Below are positions 10,562-25,000 of a stretch of 64,000 nucleotides of DNA, piece after piece. The stretch is from Balanoglossus misakiensis (lineage: Eukaryota > Animalia > Hemichordata): positions 1,201,690-1,265,689 of the forward strand of contig CM082595.2 in assembly GCA_040954595.2 (NCBI GenBank), given 5' to 3'. The stretch's first letter is position 1. Each line of letters opens with the position of its first letter. The notes below the pieces were generated by a model. It did not search any database, had not been told where the DNA came from, and saw nothing but the letters and a program-made list of their open reading frames with translations. The position numbers and the translations under genes were made by a program.

Positions 10562-12992
10562 TTCTGGCAACTTGTTGGCAGGCGACTCACGGTTTATGAT
10601 CACCTCCAACAAAACGACGGATCCGTGAGGCTCACTTCAAGACTCCGTGACCACGACACGCCACAACACTCTCTCCTTCAAGAGTGCTTAACAGAAAAGT
10701 GGTTCTCGGCGTAAAAAGCTGAAGTCACGCCTCCTTGACCTGATATACCGTTCGTCCCACATGTGTTTTGTACAACCAGACATATGATACACACGGATAG
10801 GGGCCGTGAAGACCTTTTTAAGAAGTGTTAAGGCCACCGATTATGCCTTTTTTCATTTAACAACAAATGCTGTCAACAATTAAGGAAGTCATTGCTGAGG
10901 ATTTGTCAAACGCTCACAATGAACACCGGCGTGGTTTCCATGGTAGCGTTTCCTGTTTGTCTGGCCAATACAAGGCAAATATTGTTCAGACGAAATTTCA
11001 TGGAGCTACCACCCAAATATCTGAATAGCCTGTTTAAAGGTCGGTTTTAATTCTTCGGGTCAACTTTGTTTGGGTCAGCAGGAGTGAAAAGGAGCAGTTC
11101 TCCCCTTTGGTGGTTAGGCGAAGGATTATGGTGCCATATATGTCCAATCAGCCTTGGTACTCGAAGTCAACTTTAAGCCACAGTAGCACTGGCTGTTAAA
11201 TACCCAGTAACTGTAACGTTTGGCTATATTCCCAGTATTTTCACCATAGTTTCCTTACACACAAAAATACACCAGAAAACAAACACAAAACACATTATAG
11301 AATGAGAATGGATTGCACTAAACTTCAAAGAAGGTGGAAAAAACACACTTCCAGTTAATGGGGCTCCAAATTGTTGCATTAACTGACAGTATTTCTCAAG
11401 ATTTTCGTTAGCAGATGCTGTCTGATGTATGTATCAACAACAATTTCTGATCTCCCTGTGTCATTGCCCGCACCAAGAAGTATGGTCATATCACATTTAT
11501 ACTCAAACAAGTGCACTACAGCTGCCTACCAGTCATTGCATTGGGTAGAATTCAATTCCAAATCCCTTATAGCGCCACGTGCGTCAGTTCCAGTATGACA
11601 TGGTCATTTTGTCTAGAAGTTGACCATAGGCGGCGATGTTGCGATGACAGCGACAAGGAAAGAGTGTGTGACCGCAGGTTAACCACTTGAATTTATAACC
11701 AAGGTTGAAAAAACATGCAATGAAGACATAGTTGTATGATTTGAATTATTCGGGGATTTTTCAGGTGGTTTCGGTCTAAAGCACCAGACATGTTGTTCAC
11801 CTGTTTCTGGCTGTACTATTGGCCTTGGTAGTGGTACATCTAAATATCTGGTATAATTGCCAGCAATGTTTTATGTGGATACCAGACGAATTACCGGTTC
11901 CGTACTCTGAATATGACACTGATAAACTTGTCGCTTATTATTCTGTTGCGACGGTATATAGTATCGATCATGATTTGCGAATAAGTTGTGTGTTTATCTT
12001 GACAATCGTATCCTTCGAAAAAGTGCATTCCCAACTGATGGTAGGAGTAATGTAATTGTGGTCTATCCCATTGCCCATAGTCTTGAGGCTCTATGTTCCC
12101 CATATTTGCCTATAAATTAATTCGTCACTGGTGAATACATGCTTCCCGAAATGTTATGATTTCGGTGAAGACAGTCCATGTATATTGAAGGCTTCAAGTT
12201 GGCCGAACCCCGGACTCGCACGAGACATATTGGCATTTCTCTTGTTGTTTTACAGTTCATGCACGATGCCTGATTACGTCATGTCCGCGACAGAAAATGG
12301 TACCATCCGACAGCCTCGACTAAATGCTTGAAATATTGGTTATGTTTTAATACAAATAGTAAGACGTTGGTGTAAGCGCTTCGCTTAAGTCTGCTCGTTT
12401 TTGCCGAAAGTGAAATGTACATGCATGAAACCAGTCTGTAAACTTGTCAACCAATCACAGACGGCAGTATACTTGGCTTTGATTTGACGTGTTCTACTCA
12501 CAAAACTTACTCCCTCCGGAAAAGTGTAATTCAATCTAAAAGAATGTCTTTATGTCGATTATGTGTAATGATGCTATTTTATTTTCAATGTTTTAGTAAT
12601 TTATCCGAGGGTATCCGGGAAAAGCCCACAAAGAGTCGCGTATTTAATTTGACGTGGTGTGGTATTTTGTCTCGACAGGGAGTGGCGGCGTCTATTGCAG
12701 CCGCCATTCAAGACTTTGCGGTCACCAGCGGCGTCGAACTTCACTGCACTCGGGCGAACACTGTCGTCTGCCTCTCCTCTCTGTCGACAGTTTTGACGTG
12801 TGTGGTATTACACTCGAAGAGGCCCAGAGTGGTTATTTTCTCTGGGAGAAAACTGTCCTACCAAGCCCTGTCGTCGAGTTCAGAACACAGAGGCAGTTGG
12901 GGAGACGGTGCATTGGCCCTCGGTTCGTCGAAGTGTGTTTGCAAGTGATCTGTGTATGTTTTGGCAGCCGAGTTTTAGCACTTCTACACAGC
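10562..12992. promoter_or_regulatory. Divergent (head-to-head) intergenic region and 5' UTRs of the two perlecan-family genes
   Basis: The start codons at 10561 (-) and 12993 (+) point away from each other. CpG-richer patches lie near 10570-10830 and 12200-13350, with CCAAT at 12451, TTACGTCA near 12275 and TGACGTG near 12486, 12650 and 12795. Confidence 0.5.
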
Positions 12993-13091
12993 ATGGCGAC
13001 CCCAAGGAATTCCTCTTCATTGACGATTATGTGGTGGACTTGTCTGTTGTTACTGGTCGTGGTTTGTCAGCTTGGACAGGCCGCCAAGTTG
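12993..13091 (+). CDS. HSPG2: Perlecan exon 1, signal peptide
   Basis: [33 protein letters not shown] followed by GTAAGT; phase 0 matches exon 2 starting at 29102. Confidence 0.75.
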
Positions 13092-16000
13092 GTAAGTGTA
13101 CATTTGCAGCGTGGAGTTGGCGGAAGCAACTTTAAGCCCGCCAGCGCCATGGCTGCTATCATCTTTGTTGGTTAGCGGTTCATTAAGCAATATTTCAGGA
13201 ACCCTCTGATAGTTCTAACTGGGTCCCAGCAGTCAATAAACCTGTGACTGACTTAGTGCACTCATATGCACTTTGCCGACTTGTCCAGAGTCTTTCACCT
13301 CCGCACCGCCTGGACGTACTATGAAGCACACCCAAGACGCGCCTTTGCGTTGCCATGGTTTCGAAAAAAGTGGTATACCCTGCATTGATTGTACATCAAC
13401 AAATTTGGTTGTTTGAAAACTTATTGGAGTCATTTATTTGTGGCTTTACTTCAATTGTTCATTTTCTTTTATATTTTCGTCCTGTTTTGCTTTACATAAC
13501 TGTTGAATTGTCAACGAACAATGTTGTAAGTGCCAAAGCACAAGCTGAACACAGTGTAAAATCGTTTTGTCATTTTAAAGAACTTCAGTTTTATTTATGA
13601 AACCCACATGGCCTCATGTCCTGTGTGTTTATTGTTGTTTCATAATATAGGTGTACTCCAACCTTTACTCAGTCTGCTCATTGTCCTGTGTTCAGAAAGT
13701 AGTGTTCCTGTCATAAATTGTCGGGCTTTGTATAGACTGTTTGTCTGTAGACAATTCTGCATGTCTGCTGTCTTGGCGTAGAGGTACCACATGGATTTCG
13801 ATGGATCACACCAGATTTGGTCAAACCATGGATAAGATTTCTTTGGTGAAATATACATGATTTGTTAATGAAATGAAACGTATATTGTTTTAATTGTTTA
13901 TCTTAGGTGACACCACTTGGCACATTGCCAACTGTTTAAAGTAAAACAAACTAGAAGGCACTGGATGTATTGTCTTTTAGATTTATTGTACAGGAAGCCA
14001 GACAAATATTCAGTTGACCTTTTCCTGTTGTACTGTTATTGTAATTAATTCAACTGAAGATAGTGCCCCCTCCACTTTGTGATGCTAAAGAATTTGTATC
14101 CTAGACCCTTAAAAAAGTTCATTTTGGGACATCCCTAGTCAACAAACAGTCATACCATATTTATTGCACTTATGGTGTGAATAATAACCAATCCTCAACA
14201 TGGTAATATTCTTTGGTGTCACAGTTTGCACTGAAAAGTGGCTGGAAAGTTTCCTTTCAGACTGTGACTTCAGAGAATTACTGTAAAACGGGTTATTTTC
14301 GCGATGTCAAAAGAGGCAACTGTTACGCGAGGATGAATTTTCGCGCTCTCGTATTTCACTAACTGCATCGTTATCCCTGAAAAACATTTTACGTGACCTT
14401 TTATTTTCACGTTTTTTTGCTCTTGCGTATTTCGCGAACATTTATTGCTTGCGAAAATAACCCGTTTTACAGTACTTCCTAATTGTAACAAAATAGTACC
14501 AAATCATTTTTGTGACAAGTGATGGGATGGCTCATAAAATTCCTTGAGTCTATAGCAGCCACTTTAAGATTACTGGCTATGTGGGCTCTAATCTGTAAGA
14601 TAGTTTTCTAGACTAAGCATTCTTTCCAAACATACAGTTCATTTTAGGACATCTCTGGCCAACAAACAGTCATATCATAACTGCAAACGTCAACAAATGT
14701 TGTTTTTTTTGTATCACAAAGAATGGGGCTTCTGTCTGCTCTACTGGATTGAAGCACTGTGCCAATATTCCAGTTAACAGTTTTAAGGAATTAGCCAAGT
14801 CTAAAAGCCTGATTTCAAAGCATTGTGGAACTGTTTCAATTGTGATTAATTACCCTCCAATTTGCACATAAAAAGAAGGTAGGTGTAAGCAGTGAATGAG
14901 CCCAGACAGTAGTGAATAGACAATTGTCTTAGAAACTTTAGAGTGTTTGAATAGGGTGTAGTTTACGCCAATCTGTTCTTTTGTTTTTACCCACTGGAGG
15001 TGGCTTTATCTGGCTGCTGCACATCCATTTATTCACTTGATAAATATTGTGTAAATGCCTTGAAAATCTTCTTTGTCGGCAACAGTATTATCCCTTTCAC
15101 CACAATGGTTTAACCCAAATCCATTGTTTTCTATGGTAAGATTGGACCTATAAAGAGGCAACTGGGGGTGAAAGGGTACTGGGTCTATTGTTAAGATTCA
15201 CTTGGTGGAATAAATGCTGAGGATTTGAAACACGAGTGTCTGATGCTGGATAATACCACTGATTAACCGAGGTTTTAACTCCAGAGATCCTTTTGAATAA
15301 CAGTGGGTAAGAGTCACTTATGTCAGTATTGAGATGGGAAAAGTCTGGTTAGGGGAGAACCAGTTATTTCTAGGGAGGGGAAAAGTCTGGTTAAGGGAGA
15401 ACCAGTTATTTCCAGGGGGGGTGGAAGATTTAAAAAAATAATAAAAATTGTTGGCATATGGAAGACTTAAAAAAATAATAAAAATTGTTGGCATATGGTG
15501 CAGAGGAATAAATGGTATCATGTATAAGGGTGTTTCTATGGTTACACAGGATGTAGGCTTGCTAGACTTCCGTAGCCCCGCCTTTTCCCTTCTGCACAAA
15601 GTGGTCCGGAAAACTTGCGGACTGTGGTGTGAACTCTAGTGACTTTAACCCTTTCACCACGATGGTTTGGTCCAAAGCCATTGTTTCCCATGGTTAAATT
15701 GGACCTGAAAAGGAGAAATGGGGGTGAAAAGGGTTAACCATGTCCTGTTGGTTTCAACCACAGACTGCAGACATTGAGTGATAAACGCCATGTGCAAAAA
15801 GCATGCATTGACCATGGAGAGGTCTCTATGCTCGAGAGATTCTCAGTGAAGAGACTTGCATTCATTACATTGCAATGGAAACTGGCTTCCTGCTTCTGTC
15901 ATAGATGTTTATAATCACAGAGTTGACAAGCTGAGTTCTGCAAAGGAGTTATAAAAAGTTCTGTTGGCTGGTCTGATATGACTTGTGCAGGAAGGAAATC

Positions 16001-19000
16001 AGAGAGTGGATTATCCGATTATTTTATGATGTACTTGATCAAGTGCAGTGGTTGTACAAGTTTTATTGCAAGATAAGCAGGTCACCAGGTCAATGTATAT
16101 TTGCATAAGTATTGTACTGATACGGCCATAGTGATAAAAAATATAGTTTCATGGATTATTTTGGCACAGAAAGAGACAGGGAGTGAAATTCATGTTCTTT
16201 TTCCTGATGGGTGAAATTCCACAGTACTTTCATTATGGTGAATGCCTGGATAATGCAGTAGAACAGAATCAAACAGAATACATTGTTAATTTTCAGTTGA
16301 ATTAAAAATAAATGAAAATTTCAAAGTAGGAAAAAGTGGAAATGACAATTTGGAGGGACAATATTGGACATAGCTCTACGAATGCAACAGGTCAAAGAGG
16401 GAAATATTGGATTATGTATAGTGACTGCTGTGGTAATATGCTTGTTTTGACAATAGCAGCTTGATTGTCCTAACTTGATTAATAAATATTATGAGCCATT
16501 GAAACTCATAATTACTGAAGACACAATGGTTCTTGTAAATCACAGTATTGTAGTACTTTGTAAAAATGTTGATACGAATTGTTTGAGCTTTGTGATTTCT
16601 GCCACTTTGACGTCAGAAACACAGTTTTGAAACATCCACAATGGAATTTCGAAAATGAATGACATAACACAAGATTTAATAGAGACATGACATAACAGAC
16701 ATCTTTACATATACATCTCTGGTGGGTTTTTATTTGTTGGCCAAGCTCTGTAGGCTTGGAGAAGTGTGATTAAATACAATGTGTACTTTTGTTTGCTATG
16801 TTTATTGTATAAAATACAAGAGCTGGATTTCAGGTTCTAATTACAATAATATATTTTTACAAAGTGGAAATGGTATGATTAAATTATTTTGTGTTTAAAA
16901 AACGCAAAATAATAACTTTCATGTTATGAATTAGTTACTGAACAACTTTTAAATGAGTTGACAGAGGTTGTACTGTGTAATATAATGCCTGGCTACAGTC
17001 TCACCCTGACTTGTCTTGCTTCATGTCTGAATTTCACCAGCCTTGCGTGTATAACCTCCAAGTTTCTATGTGTTACCTACCTGACCGTAGAAAACAATGT
17101 CTTTGTATTAATGGTTGCTGGATTGTTATGGAAGGAGCATTAAAATGTCGGGGGTTGGTTGTTGTGGCAATTAAATGAAAAAGTGTAGACAGATCTGTGG
17201 GGGGTTATTTGATACTTTGGAGGTGCTTGGCTGCGTCCGGAGTCTTGAGTCCGGAAAGGTGCCACTGCCGGATCGTGTGTCCTAGTTCTTACACATTGGA
17301 AATGCTTGGCTGAAAGTCTTACATGTTTGGGGTTAGTTCCGCTATACATTAGTGTTAAAGGTCCATTAGTGCCAAGGTTTATTTTCACCTTCATTGTTTT
17401 GTGTGTCAACTGCAGTTTCTTGTTTGAATCACCATAGTGCAGTCGATATTGTGTACATGTACACTTGGCATTGTCAAAAATTGCATTTCAAGTGCAGACT
17501 TGATTTCATTTGTCAGGTTCTTATGAAAAATATATCTATAGTGTTCTCCCCAGGAATTTCTGATGTAATATTGGCTTATATGCATAATAATACAATTCAT
17601 TGTTATAATAATGAGTTATTGTTTTGTTTAATTGAAGATCACCAGCCAATACTCTTTACTTGCTCTGGGAAGGATGTTGTTACGACGCACATGTACATGT
17701 ATGTTTATTGTCAGGCAGTCCTGGTGTGTTGGACGGCCCTGTGTCTGTTATCTGTCAACTGTGGAATATGCAAATTGACACATGGAGAAGTACGTGTTGT
17801 GTTTTGTTAACAGGTCAAAGGGTTGAACAAGAGTAAAATTTTAAGAGCACATATATTATAATGGAGGTGGCCAATTTCTGGTGTTTTGTGTTTCTGAAAT
17901 ATCTGAATTGTTGGCCTGTAGCTGCTCTCTGAAATTATTCCAAGCATATGGGTCAACAGAGGTGTGTGTGGAATGGAATTTTATTGGTTTTGACAAGGTT
18001 AGGCAGTGATTTCATTGTTTCTTATTTGGAGCTTTGCTTGCTTTGGGTGGGGGATTACTAGTATCTGACTTATATAAAATTTCTGGGTACGGGTTGATGT
18101 CTGCATCATAGACAGAACCAAACTTTTCTGCTTAGTTGTAAAAATGGTTTAAAAATGATGAATTATGAATATTGATGATTATACCAGTAAAATGTATTTA
18201 TTTAATTGAACAGTAAAGTCGCGCAATATTTCAAGACTGCCCGTGCTCAACTTATCATCACTTAATAGAGCAGCAATGTTTTATTATACTTGGTAACTAG
18301 AGCAAGAATGTCATATGCTGCTAGTTAGCTTGTCTTCGATATTAATGACATGTATAGTTTAGCAGAATGTTTGCTATTCTCATCAGTAATATGTTGACAC
18401 AAGTGGCCCATATAGTCTTACACTCATTAATTTAGGCCCTTGGTAACTTCTGAAATATGTACTATCTAGATGAAACACCAGTAGTCAGTGATTGAGGAAT
18501 ACAGCAGAGAACTGTGTTTTACAGAAGTCAGTTGGGAAATACAACACATTTTCATGGAATATTACTGAAAGATAGAGATATTAATGAAGGGAATAGTGTA
18601 TTTTACTGGCAACTTATCCGTATGTAACACTATCACAAATTCCGTTGACCTCAACAGATATTCCCTTAGAAGTGGACGCTTATCATATTTGAGATTTTTG
18701 ATAGTATATTTTGGAACAGACTCTGTGTTTCTAAATTTGGCCTAGTTGCATCTGGCCTCATTCCCTCATTTGTCGACTAGGAGTGGGACAATTTCCGGTT
18801 TAGGAAGAAGAATTAAAAAAACTGCGTTTTGAAATTTCATGGTCAAAGAAGGTAGCACAGTTGAAAGTTTCCTTTGAAGGAAAGATGTGATCATCTTTAG
18901 GTATATATACAAGTACACCACACATGTGTGTCTGATTATAATTTGAATTTGTGTGGTCATTTACAGCTACATGTATCGGCATATCAGCGAATAAAAAGGT

Positions 19001-22000
19001 CACATCCACCAGTGTGTGGTGCATTCCTGAAAAATCCAAGACTGACACTTATCGCTGCGTGGTAATCTTTTGAAAGTAGCAATCAAATTCAGATACTGTA
19101 AAAGTTACAGTTGGGTGGAAAGTTGAGTGTGTAAGATATCTCAAATCAGTCACAAGGAATTAATCTAGGGCTGTAATGTCACCCAGGATGATCACTAATT
19201 AGTTTGCTTAGGGTATGTATTTTGTTCAATTAATTAATTGTCATTAAACTACTGTGCAGATATTGATAGAGTATATAACCATGACAATATCAATTTACCC
19301 TTGCAGTTTACCAGGATAACATACAGAGTGTGTGTGTCATTTGAAATGTTCCAAGCTACTGAATGTGAAAGGGGAATGTGGAAGTGACGTATTACGCTCA
19401 AACTGGAACTTCGGGGTCGATTCTGACCAAGTGAAAACAGCCCAAAATTCACCAAAGTCACGGCATAAGGTCACGATGTGATAACGTTGAGGTTAATGGG
19501 AAATAGTCGCCACATTTTGGGTGTCAGTCCGAGGTGCCTGTTGCCAAGGACATTTACCAGAAGTGGCCATTATTTTCCTGTTGTCCTTCTCGTACTTGTA
19601 TTAAACTTACAATACCCAGGAATCATTTACAGCAAGCCTGTAATATATATAACAATAATAATATGGTATATATGTATTGTCGTAATATTTGATGTATTGT
19701 CTCAAATTTAATACATCTTCTCAAAGATTGGTGATGTGAATGTCTAAAACAAACCAGTGCAGAAACTTTGAGCTCCACAATTCATTAACACAATGTAGTA
19801 CAATGGAATGACACCCTAGCCTCTATGGGTCATGTTTAGATATAAATAGTGTAATTTTGCCGTAAACATCGCCAAGTGAGTGGAGTCTAGCCTTCATCAG
19901 TTTAGGCTGGTTATGTTTGTTGACATAATTTGTAATCAATCTACGATTGGGTCCGATTGGGTCCGTAAGGCTACATACATCAATAATGCAAGATATTAGA
20001 TTTACTGGTTGTGTCTATGTATTAATGGCAGGGTTTGTTTTTAGAGCAATAAACATCAAGTGACCTCAGCTTAGGTATAAGACTCCTCATTGTATCATTT
20101 TTAGCCGGTTGTTGAACTAGCGAAGTGTCCTTTCTTCCAGCTGCTATGACCTGCAATTCTGACAGGTTTCCTTGAAAATTAACGTCTCCCAGTTTTCTGA
20201 GCATTTATTTCTTGCTCTTCGTAGTTAACCATTGTTTTGGACGTTATTATGTGCTGTGATTGAGAGTACAAAGAACGTGTGGACAATTAAACTTCGCTGT
20301 CGATTTGGTTTCTAACTACAGTTACGAAAGTTACCTGGCTTTCTCAGTGTTTTTTTCTGTTTCAAGTTGGAATCATCTGGACAATGGTGATGTCCTTCGT
20401 ATTGTCACATTCAATAATATAACGTGAATGCATGCTTAATTGCTCTCATAAATACTTCAATAATAATAGCATTCTAGTGGCTTAATTTAATGAGTGGATT
20501 AGCACAATAGTGAACAATTTAAATTGGTCTTTATGTGGGTCATTTAGAGAAGGACAAAAGCCCCTGGGATATGGGACCAGTTCTGGGCAGTTACTGTAAT
20601 GGTCTTGACTTGGATCTCGTCATTTGAATGTCAAATGCATTCTTTCAGACGGTATACTCTTTAATCTTTACGACTTCCACTGAATAATCAGGTCTAACTG
20701 TCATGCTAATTTTTGTTTTTACCAGGGACTGGAAATGAACTAGACACTGAAAATCTGTGTTGTTCGAAAAGCTGCTGCATTGATGAGACTAAGTTGCTGA
20801 TTTTCTTGAAATCCTATCCCAGGTAGTCTCGTATCTGGCACGTTTTGTCCGCCCTGCTTCCAAAAAGCAGACAAAATACGACTAGAGATAGAGTCTACCT
20901 AAAATAAAATCATGATTTGTAAAGGTTAATGTCTGTACAACCATGGACATACCACTTTGTACATCCATGGTAAACTATGTACAGACATCCATGGTAAAAC
21001 TATGTATTGGTATCTCAAAATATTATCTGGCCAGTACTTATGATTTGATTGCAGGGCTGTGTCCTGACGTGAACAGTGAAGTTGTCTACTGACAAAAATA
21101 ACACAGCCACACATTTGGAAATCAAATGAACCATTGCGATATCATCGAGCAGCAACTTTTACATATGTGTCCATTCACAGGGTTCGTGTGAAGCATAGAG
21201 TTCATGCTGTCCATTGGAAAGCATTTGTGATACATCAAGGGCTTTTAGATATAGCTATTGCCCTGAGGGTATTGTGGTGTACTGTGGAGTTTAATTTCAA
21301 GTTGCTTAGCCAGTTATAATTGAAGTTACCAGTGTGTGTAGAGTACTATTCGAATCAAAGATTGTGTTTGTTAATTTTGAAGGCTTTGTTCAGAAACCCA
21401 TTTTGTAAATCACATGGTTCAGTTGGATTGGCCGACTCTAGCAGTCAAGGTACAGTGGGTCTTTGTGAATTAAGTCTCTGCCTCAATGAGCATAGCTTGG
21501 CCAACCGTGACGCTCTTGGGGTCGTACTGGTGTGGTCCCTGTACTCTTATGTAACCATGGACACCCAGTGTCATTGAAGAGGCCATTTTGTAACACTGTG
21601 CTGTCAGTGAGATTCATGATTTACTCTTGCAGACACTCCAACCGTAGACCCTGGAGTGTGGCATGTGGAGAGTTGCCAGCTAGTCTAGTATCGAGCCGTA
21701 TTTTGTCTGCTTTGCTTCCAAAACTAGCAGAGAATACAATTGGTCCTCTCAACCAATATTGCAAACTTGATACTCAAAGATTCTCTTGTGATGTTTGCAA
21801 ACCTTTCTTACCACACAACATTACTGAACTGATGTCAAGAAATTAGTAAAACTTTGCAAACTGATGCAGAATTTAAATAAATGTATAAATGATCACTGAC
21901 TTTCTTCTGTCATTACTAGTCTTGTAGAGTACAGGGTCACATTTTATGTTATGTTTATACCATTCTACAATGTTCGCATTTGGAATGATTACTTTTGAGC

Positions 22001-25000
22001 CATTCCGGCAGACTACTTGTCTGTGAGTCTCTGCATGTTTCAAATCCATGTTGAATTCTTCAGACAGTTACGGCATTCATCTGAAGATTTATGATACATG
22101 TGTTTTCAGTAAGGCATTCATACAGCTGTCAAACAAATATCTTGTAGCAGACTGTCTTGTGACTGGCACGTACATGGAAGTGTTGTGGCCAGTGTGCCCT
22201 CTAACAAAACTAATTTTTTGAAAATTGGAGTCAATTTGAGGATTTCTAAAAATTTCTCTAAGTCAACCCTATACCTTTACATGTAGTGTGGATATTCTTG
22301 AGTCACCAGTGAGTTTGTTGAGTCAGTGGCGCGTCATGTGGGCTTATAGAGCATACTGGTAGTGGCCATTGATGCAATGGTTAGTGGACATTTCTCGAAG
22401 TTTCCACTGGTTGATGTTTGATCAGACATTGTCACTGTCAGAGTCATTGATGTCTGTGGTTTTGCCAGAATCATATGAAGTTACCCTTCGAAATATTTTA
22501 TGGTATATAAAATTATTGGACAACAGTGAGTAATTATCAAATAAAATCATCTGTTCTAGAGCAAAGATTAGACAAACTGTGTTGTCAGTTTGTTGCTTTT
22601 TGAACTCGGTGACATTTTATGAGCACTTTGTCTGCTCTGAACGCATACTGATAAATTATCACTGCAATGGCTGAGTTTCAAGGCCTTTGTGGTCCCTGGA
22701 TCAAAGTTGTCAAATATCGATTCGTTCCACAGACTGTTGTGTCACAAAGAGGAGGAAAGGTAATAAGGTGAAGCAATCTGATTAAAATTCGATATAGGGA
22801 TTAACCAGACCAAGCAAGTGAACAACCTTGACTACCGGTATATAGCACATATTTCTTGTCACTCACCATTCCCATAAATAACTAGTAATGACCAGAACTT
22901 CAACCTTTATTTCTAGATTTAATAACAGTCCTTGCTGTTGAGGTCACCTTCATTTCATTTGGCGCATCATGGTGTCGTTTTTTGACCATCAAAATTCAAT
23001 GTTTATTTTATACTTGGGCAAAGTTGTTAAGGTTTGACGTACATGTATGTACAGCCAGATGAACATGCAAGATTTCTGCACCCAGGTGGCTAGGTTACAT
23101 CCTGGTGTGTGTGTGGGTGTGTGTGTACCGGTACATGACTGTCCGGTATCTGCCCAACTGAATAAGCAGATTCAACTATGTACTTGGAGACTGGTGGTAT
23201 TTTTATTTTTCAACAGCAACGAAGCATTCTTAGTTCACAACCGCAAAAGTGGAAAGTTCAGCAAAAGACTGAAATCGATCAACGTAACTCAGAATAGTAA
23301 ATTAGTAAATTATCAGTAAATGATGTACACAGTACTTTATAAGTTGATTTAACATTACACATTCCATGTGTGTTTAGATCCATGTTTAAAATTGACTGCT
23401 AAATATCACTCTATCAAATTAAACTGTAAATAAACACATTGTTACACTCAATATATTGGCATATCTCCTTTTAAATTATGAGACGAAAATCAATCTCTTT
23501 TTAATGTCAGGTACATTGTACGTGACTGCATATACAGTTACGTTGTCATGGAAATGGCCTGTGGTCTATAACATTTGATAAGAACATACTGAAATCGTGG
23601 TGAGGAGGTCGTATATTTACCTAAGGTTATAGGGTTAAGAGTAACCGTTTCCATTATGCAAATTATAGATAACTTTTGAACAATCCATAACATTCTCCTA
23701 AAGTCAAGGTTTAGCAATATTATTTTGGTCAAGTCTGATGTATTGTTACTCGTAATGGCTTTTCCTGACATCACAGTTTGCCTTGAAACCTTTCACCACC
23801 ATGGTTTGGTCCAAATGTATTATTTTCTATGGTAAAGTTGGACCACTACACTGGAACTCCAACAGACATGTGTACTGGTACATGCTTGCATACATGTGTA
23901 CATTGTCTGTAATGGCGTAAATATCACCAGTTTCACGTGGCAACACTTAGCGAACCGGAAAATTTATGAAAATTGATGGGAACACAATAATGTATAGCAT
24001 CATGCATGTCAACCAGTAAATGTTTGGTCTTATGTTGTTGAGGTACCCATGTATAAGAATTCACTCTGGGTGTTCTCTCATACTGAGTGAGCCTAAATTG
24101 AAAGGTTTACATAAATAATCAAATCTGCAATCATACATACAGAATTAGCTGATAATTAAATTAATGAGCTGTTAAATATGTGTTTGTTGTTCTAAGTCCA
24201 GCGAAGTTTTCTCGGTTTCAGCTGACTGTGTTCAGTCTATACCTTGTTACAGATTCATCTAGTGTCCATCAATGTGGTTGAATTTTTTTCTGCAAATAAT
24301 TAAAATAAAAGATGTTTGAAATCCTGTGAGTCTTTGCAAATGGTCAGATTTAATACAAATGGTCTTCTCGTACTCCACACATATTCCAGACATGGTTGTG
24401 TTAATCACAGTCCCTCTGTATTGAAAGCTAAAGAGACTATTGCCATCTGACTTGACAATCTCAAGCGTTCATAAGCTCTGCTTGCAGTGTTCCTCTAGTG
24501 GCATACATAATGTTTTGTATACTTGATGACAGTATACATACCATTGTAACAGCTGTAGGCAGACAGGCATTACAGCAGTCGCCTTTTTCCCATCTGGATG
24601 AAATCCAGTTTAAGTCTGTTGGACTTACAATGTGTGGTCATAACAAGAAACTTCAGTTGCTATACTGTAGTACACACCAAAAAACCTGAGCAAACTTTCA
24701 CAGGTTTCATCAGTGGCCCTTTTATAAATCAGTCTTGATTTATGTCGGCATACTCAGTTGGCTGGATTGCCTCTTGTCATTGTGTAACCTTTTTATACAA
24801 ATACGCTTTGATTTAATGTAAGGGTTTGGTGATTTCTTTGAAATGAAGGACCTGATTAGTGTGGTGGGGTGAAGGTTATGTTTTGCTGGGGCCAGACAGA
24901 CGGTCATAAAAGGTATTGAGGTGCTTTACACTGCATTGCACTGCGTACAACACATCATTGTACGCTGAAAATATGGACTGATTTATAAGGACCAGCATTT

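Noticed and set aside
12484-13175. Long overlapping ORFs of 154, 173 and 111 aa
   Set aside because: This is a GC-richer promoter/5' UTR; only 12993-13091 has a signal peptide and a splice donor.
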